Source: Paragordius varius (lineage: Eukaryota > Animalia > Nematomorpha). From it: a DNA stretch of 64,000 bases. This document shows positions 52,796 through 64,000 of the stretch, piece by piece; within the stretch, counting starts at the first letter, position 1, and every line of letters starts with the position of its first letter. The stretch lies in assembly GCA_964247055.1 (NCBI GenBank), contig OZ176051.1, forward strand, positions 9,610,001-9,674,000. The letters are read 5' to 3'. Both the position numbers and the translations under genes were made by a program. The notes beneath the pieces were generated by a model. The model had not been told where the DNA came from, ran no database searches, and saw only the letters and a program-made list of their open reading frames with translations.

Positions 52796-55700
52796 TCATT
52801 TATTAAAACCCATTAAATTTTTTCCTGTCAGGGATTTTGATGAAGAGGTCGGTATCAAATTTTTGTAGCCAAAACACCAAATTTCAACACTATCGATCAT
52901 AAAGTCTTCTTTACATGTCAGGGGCTCATTCCCAAAAGTTGAACATTCATGCGTTCGACCATGATTGAAATCAGCATCTATCCATAATCCATAGTGTCCT
53001 CTATGAAAAAAAAGGAATTTTTATCAATACACTTATAAACAAATTAAGTATAAATTATTTTAACGGATAAATTGAGAAAAAGCAACCTATAAACTGTTAA
53101 AGAATGCTACATATCACTTTATATTTTTACTTTTTTTGTGGTTAATTTAATATGTTTATTTAATCATTAGACGAATATTAAATTACATTTTATATGATAT
53201 AAAGGTATACTTACTTACTTATACCAAATGCTATGTAATCGGGGGTAGCCTGTAAAATGCAATTGTTGTCACCGGTCCAATGATATACCTACAAAATTTA
53301 GGTACCAACTTGAATCAAAATATTAACACTTCGCTTCCTTTTTTATTTGAATATTTGTGGTAATATTTTATACAAAGTTAAAACTAAAATATAATCTAGG
53401 GTATTAAACAGTAAGTTTCATAAATAATATATATTATTTTTTGATTTTAAAATGTTTTACTAGCACAGGTGTATCAAACACAAATGGCTTTGCGGGCCGC
53501 ATTTTTAATTCAAACAAACTCGCATATGGGCATTAGTATATTTTATTTAGATTTCAAACATAAGGATGTAAAATTACTATTTATTTTAACAATTTTAACT
53601 AGTTCATTGCCTAAACTTCGAAAGAGCTAGTTAAAAGCTTACGAAAATTAATTTTACTTAGATTGTGTATTGTATTTTAAATTTCTCGCCGGCTCTAGAA
53701 TTTTGGATAGCCGCATGTTAAACACCCCTTATTAGCACTTAATAATTAAAATAAACAGCTGATTTAATGGTTATCAAAAATACTTAAATATAATATAATC
53801 ATCTTCATAATTATGTTTTATCAATAACACTAGTCGACAAATTTGGACATTTTTGAGCACCACCACTCAAACTTTTGAATTATGACTAATTTCAGTGTTT
53901 TAAAACTGAATGTGAAAAAATTTTTGATCCCGCCAATCAGAATTTTGAAATATTATAGGTTTTTCAATTTTTCAAAAACAAGAGAAAATCAAGAGAAAAT
54001 TAAATGTAACTTTATAATAAAATGTTATTATATTATAAACTTAATATCATTTAAAAAAGCATTTTAAACTCTATCTTTTGAATATAAATATGTCATTTAA
54101 ATATCAGAGAGAAAAAAATAGTACGGACTTATACGTCAAAATTTAGTCTTTTTCTTTCAAGTGAATTTTTAATACGTATAAAAAATTTTTAAAAAAATAC
54201 TAAAAAAGGCATTCTATGTTTAAACCTTCGGCTTTTAGATAGGCTATATTTTTTTTTAGTTTTCGTCCTTTCGAGTACTTATTAGGCTTTTTTTCTTGAG
54301 TTGGTTCTTACAATATATCCTTTATTTATACCTAGTGGATATACTTTATTTTTTAAAATTATTGATTGTTTTGTATTTTTAATTTCAAATGGATGTTGTG
54401 TAGCCACTTTTATTAGAAACTATTATGGGATTGGACCATTTGTATTTACCTAATCTTTTTATTCAATTTAATTGTAGATTATCTAACTTTATTCTGTGAA
54501 TTGGTTAATTTGAATGTCAATTTGCCTGGATTTTGCTTACAAGTCTCTCTTATCGGGCTTTACGATTACTTATTGTTATCTTTGCCATATCTGGCATAAT
54601 TGGATCGCTTGGGGATAAGCCCCTTTTAGATTTTTAATACTTTGGCTCTAGCTTGTTTATATCTTATTTAATGCCTAGAATTTTGTTATTCATGCATGGA
54701 ATATTACTTTTATCGACTTGTTCGTTTGAATATTTAAACATATGTACACGAGGAATGATTGTTATTTTTAAATTAAATACAAATTTAAAAATTAAATTTC
54801 GGAAAAATCCTATTGGTGGCCTCAATTTTCTTTTTTGTTTTGGCCTTTCCATGCCATTAGGTATCAGAAAAGGCAAAAATAATGGGGTGGTGCAAAACCT
54901 TGTTGAGCAGTGTAATAAATTTTTATGTAATTATAAACATAGTGCCCAATCTAATATCAAAAATGTAGTTTATCAATTATATAGGGAAACTAAACAGCTT
55001 TTGTAAAAAACAAGCAAATTTTTATATTGGTTTTAAAATGTTAAGAAAATAATTAAAGTATTAGTTTGTGTAAAGATGTTTATATTTGTATGGTCCCTAT
55101 TTTATATTAAAACCATTAACTCGTTTGATACTTGAGAAGAAGAAATACAGTCATTTTAATGGTTGCTTATTTTACCTATAGTAGCGCAATTTGCAACACA
55201 GGAGTTTATGGAAAAAGAAAATAATGTTAAATAAACAATTTTCAATCTTTTTTTCCATAGATTGTGTTGCAAATAACCCAACTATAGTGTAAAATAAGCA
55301 ACCTTTTAATAAATACTGTAAATATAATCTTTTGAGTAATTACATAAATATCATATTATATAAAAAAATCACACATAAAACATATATTTTTATACTCTAT
55401 ATCAGGTATTTAGGGGGTTTACTCCTTTAATACAAACTATTGAGTATCTAATTATAAAATCTGAATATTCCTAGACTTATTAAGTTTATTATAAATTTTA
55501 AAACATCCAATCAACAATTTCTAAAAATTAACAGCTGACTGCTTAAATCAGTTTTTAAATCTTATTTCCCTTGTATCCTTATTTATGGATTTAAAAAATA
55601 ATTTTACTATCCGAAATTAATATTAAAATACTATTTAACATATTTTTAAAATAGCGGAGAGTTTTGGATTTTTTAATAATATGTCTAAAGGTCAAAGGAT

Positions 55701-56774
55701 GCATTTTAATTATTGATACTTTTAAAGAAAATTCGAAAACGGCTAGCCTAGTAAACACCCCAATATATAATGAAAATGTATAGGTATACTATTTCGCAAA
55801 ATTAAAACAACCGCATCTCAAATAATTCGGTCTATTTTCAAAAAATAAATCGAAAAATATTATTTTTTAAAAAGTTATTGTTTTTTTAGAAATATATAAT
55901 ATATATATAAAATGTTAGCTTGGTTTTGCCAAATCAGCGATAATATGCATATGATAACAACTTAAATGTTTGCGACATTCGGTCAACACTCTACCAAACA
56001 ATGCTTTCAGCAATCAGATTGTAAAATTAAATGTTTTATATTTATATACATAATTTAACCTTGAAAGTTGGATAAAACGTGTAAAGAAACGATTCCCCGG
56101 TCCCAAAAAAGTTATCTTGTTGTTTGATTGGGCAAGAAGCTAGAGCCCCGAAAATCTGTAATAAAAATTGAATACAATAGACCGTATTTTGTTGTAATCC
56201 GTTAAATTTTTTATAAAATGCCTAATTACCGAAAACTTGCTTATGCTAAACTTCAACATTAGTTTAACTAAAACAACTTTGTTGTTTCTAGTTTTTTGGC
56301 ATCAATACTACTTTTTTACTTAAATGATTTAATATATGTTTATTTGTAAACAGAAAATTTAATTTATACTGAAAAATGTCATAAAGACTCAAAAAAAATT
56401 TATAAAAGAAAATTATCTGACATGAATTGAATATATAACCGTTGTTCGAAAAGCTCATAGTTAGTCAACGTTGCCAACTAAACTATGAAACCGGTATAAC
56501 AAAATCAGATGTTTTTTTCGAATATAAAACTGTAAAATTTGACTATTTTATCTTACTTATCCAAAATGTTAAATATCTTAAATTAAATAAAAAAATATTT
56601 TATACATCATACGTTTAAAGATGTATCCCTCACAACTAATAAAACCGGAGAATCGGGGCGCACCAATTTATGCATTTTACGAAACATTGTTTGAAGAGAA
56701 TAACCATCTCTTTGTGTACTATAAACCAGTATCCAATTGTAACCAATTGCACGGGCTTGCAATTCTCGGCTAAT
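52796..56774 (-). CDS. OXR1/NCOA7-type TLDc domain, copy B (exons 56613-56774, 56060-56155, 53215-53288, 52796-53000; possible upstream exon ~57555-57615)
   Basis: ISRELQARAIGYNWILVYSTQRDGYSLQTMFRKM..DSPVLLVVRD | IFGALASCPIKQQDNFFGTGESFLYTF | VYHWTGDNNCILQATPDYIAFG | GHYGLWIDADFNHGRTHECSTFGNEPL..EDFMIDSVEIWCF matches the OXR1 TLDc. All junctions are GT-AG and in frame. Confidence 0.92.
53463..53730. mobile_element. hAT-type MITE (relatives at ~17185-17370, ~27420-27480, ~57160-57240, ~58905-59165)
   Basis: caggtgtatcaaacac...gcgggccgc ... gccgcatgttaaacacccct TIR-like ends; the GC-rich gcggcccgc motif recurs at the other loci. Confidence 0.6.
53830..54910. mobile_element. Non-autonomous Tc1/mariner-like element, copy 2 (in TLDc-B intron)
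   Basis: Direct, highly similar copy of 8898-10024, lacking ~43 bp (9687-9729). Confidence 0.7.
55148..55318. mobile_element. 171-bp TA-flanked MITE (Tc1/mariner type)
   Basis: TA|CAGT...ggttgcttattttac.ctatagt...atttgcaacaca mirrored at the right end ...ACTG|TA. Confidence 0.8.
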
Positions 56775-57838
56775 CTGTGTACGTATAAATTATTAGTACT
56801 ACTTGTATCATTTATAGAGAAAAATACTATTGTGCCAGAAACAATCATGCCGTAAAAATTTAACATTGAAGAATTGAAATGGTTTATTTTAAAGAAATGG
56901 AGAGAGAATAAACAAGTAATAAACACTCGGGCCCTGACATAGTATGAGCGACCCGCTAAAATTTTAAAAAAATTACCATATAGTAGTATAAATTTCAAAA
57001 TGAACAAAATCCTAATATAAAATTGATATTTCAACAAATTTTCTAGTGAATAATTCCAAATTTTGGCAATTCACTAGCGAAAATTGGTGAAATAGCATTG
57101 GTGTTGTCTCCGTATTTTTATACAGTCTTATAAATTCTAATGATATATTTATGAATGCCCATATAATTTTTGAATGCGGGGCCGGGTTGTCTGAGTTAAA
57201 AATGCGATCGCAACTTATTTGTTTAAGACAGCCCTGTAATAAACTATTATAGACTACGCTATTTATGATTTAATTATCCATAATATAATAAAATTCGTAT
57301 TGGAAACTTTAAAAAGATATGTTTATAATATTTCTCGCGAAAATGCGGATCATAAAATTATTTTAAATATGGTTCTATAATAATATTTACCTGTTTAATT
57401 TGGGAATCATCCAATATATAACTATTGTCAAGCATATAGGGTTCCTCATAAACAACATTTAAAAAAGATTTCGCATGTCTTTTGTCTAATATATAATTTT
57501 TTTTATAAAATATTTATTAATGATGGTTAAGAAAACATCATTTTTCTGCCTACTTGCCAATCAGTCGATTTCAGTTCCGTATTCCCTGAATACGATGCAG
57601 TTTGATTACTGAATGATTTGGGGGAAATAGAGAGTTTAGATTTAAGATTTTTACGCATAAATTTTACAAACATGATTGCACTTTTATCAAAATTTTAATT
57701 TTATAAAGTATGTATAATTTTGAGGAAAAATATATATAGGTTTGAATAAAAGTAGAAATATTAACGGTATTTACTTAAACATTAACAACGATCACGTTCG
57801 TTTTTATATTTTAATATATAGAGTATGAGTAAGTATAC

Positions 57839-57969
57839 ATTGGTAGAAAGTTATTAATTAATGCCAAAAAGCATATGCAACAAAGGGCAGTATTATTGTT
57901 TTATAGTTATTTTTTTCACTTTTTATGCTGCATATGCTATTTGGCAATAATTAATAACTTTCTAGCAAT
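57839..57969. mobile_element. ~130-bp palindromic MITE
   Basis: attggtagaaagttattaattaatgccaaaaagcatatgca pairs with tgcatatgctatttggcaataattaataactttctagcaat. Confidence 0.75.
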
Positions 57970-59447
57970 ATAAAACATAATTTATTTGATTTTAATTAAA
58001 CCAAAAGGTTGGGATAAATCGCTAATATTAATTATTTATCGCCTGATATTTTTACAACTACCGTCAATTTTTTTCTAAATCCATGCGAAGTTATTACTTG
58101 TTTGACTTAAGAAAATGATTGTAATATTTAACAATTTTCACCAAATTCGCATCTGATTTTCATTTTATACCAGAAGTTAAAGAAAACAGACTACTGTTTG
58201 GAAAATTGTTGTGGCTAAAATAAAATTATCAAATCTTCTCCTCCTGTATCCGATAAAAAACTGAAAATTTTCAGTTTTTTAACTTTTAGGGTTTTAAATT
58301 CAGATAGTTGCAAAAGACGATTGAAACGAACAGGTAACATTCAACTAATATTAAAAATTTGCTGGTTAACTGTTATTTAATAGCTTTTTTATATTTTTTA
58401 ACCATAATATACATTTATTTGCCTGTTGTGTTCACGATAGATTTAAAATATATTAAGGAAAATGGCGGCAAAGCAGTTTAAATGAAGATTTCTACAGTTT
58501 TACAAAAATATTTTTGTTACATGCACTAAAAGGCTAAAGTATATTTTTAAATTTGACCCAATGCTAAAAATATGTATTAATATATATAAAAAAGAGCCCT
58601 GGTGTATAAAACTACCTCAAAAAGTTATAAAGTGTTAATTTACAAAACGTATCCCAATATTTTATTAGAGGTATATAAAATTATGATACAAATGTTTTTA
58701 ATGATAATTTCCGAAATACTACCAAACACTTTGATATATGTAAATTAATTAGGTACCCATTCACCGTTTTTAACAATAATTATAGATTTTTTACTGGCTC
58801 CAATTCTCTTTCGCATCTAATAATAAAAAATTATCAAATTTAAAAATGATATTTTTAATACAACCCCTTACATAAAAAATAGTTTTATTGCTGGTGGACA
58901 CGCTTTAGACCAGAGTTGTTCAATACGGGGCCCTCGGGCCGGGGGCTCTCTACAAATATTTCCGCAGCCCGCGTGAAAAAATTTAAATATATGATTTTAG
59001 GTAAATCAAAGTAAAGTTGATTTTTTAGCAAATTTTCTGATAGTTTTTTCCGAATTTTGGCAATGAACCAGCAAAAAATAAAGCCTTATGGTTAAAAATA
59101 AAATATTTTTTAACCCTTTTTTTGATTAAAAAATGCGGCCCGCGCATTTTTGTTGATGGACACTCAATTAACTTTAATGATATAGATTGTATCCTCAACC
59201 ATGCCAAAGATAGAATTATTATCAAAATTTTTTAAAATATTATAAATACATTTAATCGAGAGGATGGGTATATATTTAACGTCAATAGGTAAGCGTTATT
59301 AATAGATTTTACAAGTGAAGTACATACAGACACATACATTTTAATTACTTAAAATTTTAAATTCATTATTATTGGAAACAAAACTCTTTTTTTTTCCAAG
59401 ACTAATGTATTTTATCCTTTTTTTGTATTTACTTTGCTTTCGAATAA

Positions 59448-60570
59448 TCTATTATATATTTATAAAAATGGAAAGTGGTGGCTTTGTGATCTGTTTCCGG
59501 AATCAAATCCAAATGTCAAAAAAATAAAATCATTAATGAATGCCCCGACAAGAGATTCGCTTTTTTTAAATTAGGCCCCCAGTTCGGGCCCACCCCGTGT
59601 AAAAAACGGGTCTTTTTTGAAAACACAAGTCCACAAAAATCGTGTCTTTGAGACAATTTTCCGGAAAACGTGTTGGACCATTTGATTTCAAATATGATTT
59701 TTTTTACTTTTTTTGATTGCGCCGAACGTAGTCGGCTCGCTTTATAAATTTAGGCCCTCTTTTTACCCGCTCCTCCCGTAAAATGCCTTTTTTTGAATAA
59801 AAATAGTCCACAAAAATAATTTTTTGCCCAAGGTATGAGACCGTAAAAATTCAATGAGGATTCCAGGTATTCTTGTTAAAAGGTAAAACTTTTAGGCGTG
59901 CGTTTTTTATATTGGCTCATGGGTAAGGAGATACCCGCTAAAAACTACCCCGTCATATCAGAATAGCGTGCCTTTGGGGCTAAATTTCAAAAAACCTATA
60001 TGGCCATATGAATTAAATAGATGCTTAAAACACTACCAGTAACAAGGCAAATTTTTATCGAACATCTTTTTTATATTGTCCTCTGTGTAGGTTTGGTTGT
60101 GATGCAATTTTTCGAAAATCCCACGAGAGCATATGGATTTAATATAAATCCAGGCATTACCCGAATTAAGGCAAAAATCTTAATCGAGAGTTTTGTTTCG
60201 CCCCTTGTTAGGGGGCAACCCGCGTAAAACTGCGTCAGCATATCGATACAGCACATGCCTTTGTAGAATTTCAGAAAACCTATGAGACTATGTGAGTTTA
60301 ATAAGAACCGAAAATATTTATTACCCCTTAAGAACAAATATTTTAGTATAGGGGGTTATTTTAATGAGTCGCTAAGTAAAGCTCGCCCTGAAGAATGCGC
60401 CGCCATTGAACAATTAATTTTTAAATATTTCGAAAAACTTATTGGAACATATGGAATACATATCAGATAATCCCCATATAAAGGCAAAAATTTTGCCCAA
60501 AGCTTTTTTTAGACCTGCCCCTGGGTAAGGAGCTACCCGCCAAAAACTGCCCCTTCATATAAGATGCGTT
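59448..60570 (+). mobile_element. Second, 3'-truncated copy of the Helitron-like element
   Basis: Starts A|TCTATTATATATTTATAAAAATGGAAAGTGGTGGC and is the reverse-complement homologue of ~35640-37288; no 3' hairpin/CTAG was found. Confidence 0.72.
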
Positions 60571-61205
60571 GAGCACATTTGTTTAGAGATATCAAACGGA
60601 CCTCTTATTGGGAAAGCTATCTCCAAATCGAATGCTGTCATTTTTGCACTTGATTTCAAAGAAAACTCTGTAAATAAACATATTTTATCTAAAGAAGAGT
60701 TTATGTTAAAACGTATAAGTTGAAAAGTTTAATAAAAACGAAATTTTAAGGACAAGTATTCTATTGCCAAAATATAAATGACTTTATATCATTTTATATT
60801 AAAATCTATTTTTATTAAGGCGCCACACCTTCCCTTGCATACATTGGGTAAGTTATTATTCGCTCCAAACATGGTAATGTTTGATTGTGATAAAAAAATA
60901 ATTAACAACTCTAACCAGCGTGTAAAAGACGATGAATCTAAATCACACTTTTATTCACATGAAACGGATGAAAACAACGCTATTCTTAAAAACGAATCCC
61001 TTAAAAAGCAAACTTTTGAATTAGGGGGATGTGAGGAATAAGTTTAATTTCTTTAAAACTATAATTATAGAGGCCTCTATTATATAATATAGCGCAGTAT
61101 GAGTCGTGTTTTGGCTGGATGCTACGGCGTAACAATCTTAGTGAAATCACACCCTCAGATGCATTGAATGAAGCAGTATTCAACAACAATTTAATCAGAT
61201 GCAAT

Positions 61206-61242
<37 letters not shown>

Positions 61243-61798
61243 TTTTAAAAACATGTCTTTTTTAATATTTATATACCCGATGTCAAAAATAAAGCTTTTT
61301 TGCACGTTTGACCCAATATTATGTTTTTATACTAAGATTGCTGAATAAATATTTTTATGTTAACATTGTTTAAATTTGGTGTGGTTGGGGCCTATACCCT
61401 TAAACCCGCTTAACAATATGTTTTTGGGGCTATCGCCGATATCATATCATACGCATATAAACGCAAAAACGGACTTCTTGGGTATAATTACTAGAGATAG
61501 CAAATAAATAAGATTTATAAAAAAATTTATATTTCCCTTTAATTTATTATAATTTAAATGTATGATATGGTAAATATGTATAATAAAATCTAATGAATAC
61601 CTTAAATGCAAAAATTAAATAGGAATGTGCAAATTGTGTCTATAAATAAATTATTATGTAAGTAATAAACTAAAAATGTTTCACAAAGATTGTCGAACTA
61701 TTTACTCTAATCTAATATACAGACAATTATTAGTGACCATTTTAGCTGGTAAATTTTCAAAGCATATAATACAGATGAATGAATGCTTAAATATACGA

Positions 61799-62096
61799 TT
61801 TACAGTTCAAATTTACCCTTGAATAATTCATATTCACCCTTGACAATTCAAATTCACTCTAAAATAAATTATGTGTTTTTTAAGTTCAAAAATAACCCAT
61901 ATATAATATTTTTTAAAAAAATTACGTTTAAAATTAATATAATACTGAAAAAATAAAAAACTATGCTATAAGAATATATTTCTTATTATTAATAAGTTAT
62001 ATTAGCCCAAAACACAATTTATTTTTAGGTAGGGTGAATTTGAATTGTTAAAGGGTAAATTTAAGTTGTTGTTCGAGGGTGAATTAGAATTGTAAA
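61799..62096. mobile_element. Foldback MITE family, copy 4 (just 3' of the TLDc-A stop)
   Basis: tttacagttcaaatttacccttgaa ... gggtgaattagaattgtaaa. Confidence 0.78.
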
Positions 62097-62173
62097 TGGA
62101 TTTCACCATTTCCATACACTATTAATTCATAAAAACTTAATTATTCTTTATATTTTACAACAACAAAAATTAA

Positions 62174-63664
62174 TTAATTTCCAATCGTTTTTCTGCGCCT
62201 CTCATTTGACAATGATTGTGATAAATTATTATTCCCAGTTAGGGATTTTGATTGGGACGAGGTGACAGGGATTAAATTTTGGTCTCCAAAACACCATATT
62301 TCAACACTATCAACCATAAAATCTTCTTTACAGGTCAGAGGTTCATTCCCAAAAGTTGAACATTCATGCGTTCGACCATGATTAAAATCAGCATCTATCC
62401 ATAATCCGTATTGACCTCTGTTCGAGAAAAAAAGAAAATTATTACCTGATACTGTATTTGTGGAAAATATAAATTAGGAAACAAATAAATAACTAGTCTA
62501 CGATAACTATTTATCTTACATATCGCTATGTTTTATTTAAATTACATAATCTCTTTCTATTAATCAATTTTTTAAACAATCATAGTTTAAAGGAATTAAA
62601 AAGGATAATATAAAGTAATGTTAAGGTACTTACTTGCTTACTCCAAACGCTATGTAATCGGAGTTAGCCTGTATAATGCAATTATTATCACCGGTCCAAT
62701 GATATACCTAAAGGAAAAAAAAGATATTAAAAAGATATAGTTATGAATAATTTCACATCTATATTTTCTAATATTAATGAAATAAAAATCAAAGTGTATA
62801 AAACTAAACAACAAATTCTGACATTTGAGAATTTTGCATTATCTGATATTTACTATTTTAACAGTAAGTCTGAATTTTACTCTATATCAGGTATTTAGGG
62901 GGTTAATTACTTTATTTAATAGAAACTGTTAAGTATCTAATTATAAAATCTGAATATTGATTAAGTTTATTATAAATTTAAAAACATCCACTAAACAATT
63001 TTTGAAAATTAACAGCTGACTGCTTAAATCAGTTTCAAATCTTATTTCCCTTGTATCCTCAAATATTTATGGATTTAAAAAATAATTTCACTATCCGAAA
63101 TTAAAATTAAACTATTTAACATTTTGAAATAGCGGAGAGTTTTGGATTTTTTAGTAATATGTTTAAAGGCCATAGGATGCAATCTTTTAATTATTGATAC
63201 TTTTTAAGAAAATTCGAAAACGGGCTAGCCTAATAAAAACCCCAATATATAATGAAAATGTATAGGTATACTATTTCGCAAAATTATAACAAATATTTTA
63301 CCGCATCTCAAATAATTCGGTCTATTTTCAAAAAATAAATCGAAAAATATCATTTTCAAAAAAGTTATTGTTTTTTATAAATGTATTATATATATATATA
63401 ATATATATATAATATGTTAGCTTTGCTTTGCCAAATAAGCGATAATATGCATATGATAACAACTTAAATGTTTGCCATTCGGTCAACACGCTACCAAACA
63501 ATGCTTTCAGCAAACAGATATATAGTTTGAAAATATGCACATATATATATTTATATACATAATTTAACCTTGAAAGTTGGATAAAACGTGTAAAGAAACG
63601 ATTCCCCGGTCCCGAAAAAGTTATCTTGTTGTTTGATTGGGCAAGAAGCTAGAGCCCCGAAAAT
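62174..63664 (-). CDS. OXR1/NCOA7-type TLDc domain, copy A (exons 63569-63664, 62634-62707, 62174-62417; continues beyond the window end)
   Basis: IFGALASCPIKQQDNFFGTGESFLYTFYPTFK | VYHWTGDNNCIIQANSDYIAFGVSK | GQYGLWIDADFNHGRTHECSTFGNEPLTCKEDFMVDSVEIWCFGDQNL...RRRKTIGN*. Confidence 0.92.
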
Positions 63665-64000
63665 CTGTAATAAAAATTGAATACAATAGACCGTATTTTG
63701 TTGTAATCCGTTAAATTTTTTATAAAATGCCTAATTACCGAAAACCTGCTTATGCTAAACTTCAACATTAGTTTCACTAAAACAACTTTGTTGTTTCTAG
63801 TTTTTTGGCATCAATACTACTTTTTTACTTAAATGATTTAATATATGTTTATTTGTAAACAGAAAATTTTATACTGAAAAATGTCATAAAGACTCAAAAA
63901 AAATTTATAAAAGAAAATTTATCTGACATGAATTGAATATATAACCGTTGTTCGAAAAGCTCATAGTAAGTCAACGTTGCCAACTAAACTATGAAACCGG

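Noticed and set aside
52855-52870. Apparent frameshift or early stop in the TLDc-B tail
   Set aside because: A recount of the T run (five T's at 52860-52864) shows the frame stays open to TGA at 52796-52798 and is homologous to the copy A tail.
56636-57037. 133-aa minus-strand ORF
   Set aside because: It is a shifted frame overlapping the real TLDc exon 56613-56774 plus intron sequence.
60778-61204. 87-aa (+) and 67-aa (-) ORFs between the TLDc copies
   Set aside because: No recognisable family or convincing splice context. The region might hide a first exon of TLDc-B, but this is unsupported.

Overview
This is AT-rich animal (metazoan) nuclear DNA, not prokaryotic: no operons, CRISPR, rRNA or tRNA were found, and most short entries in the ORF track are exon fragments or repeat noise. 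Reconstructing spliced genes by eye gives, in order: the 5' end of a cullin-4 (-); a decayed full-length Penelope-like retroelement with direct and inverted pseudo-LTRs and hammerhead-like cores; Ral GTPase (+); an intronless orphan class A GPCR (+); an EFCAB9-like EF-hand gene (+); FAF2/UBXD8 (-); an RTE-type LINE fragment; a trypsin-like protease (+) with a Helitron-like element in an intron; heparan-sulfate 6-O-sulfotransferase (-), head-to-head with calpain-5 (+); and two tandem sets of OXR1/NCOA7-type TLDc exons (-). Many MITE/foldback families and (TA)n tracts fill introns and intergenic space. The most striking signals are: (1) GT-AG introns of only 21-24 nt in conserved genes, coexisting with ~60-nt and kb-size introns; (2) a duplicated TLDc module with mosaic identity; (3) start codons of HS6ST and CAPN5 only 93 bp apart; and (4) large lineage-specific insertions in CAPN5 and FAF2. 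All family assignments come from recalled motifs, not database searches. The species cannot be determined from the sequence.
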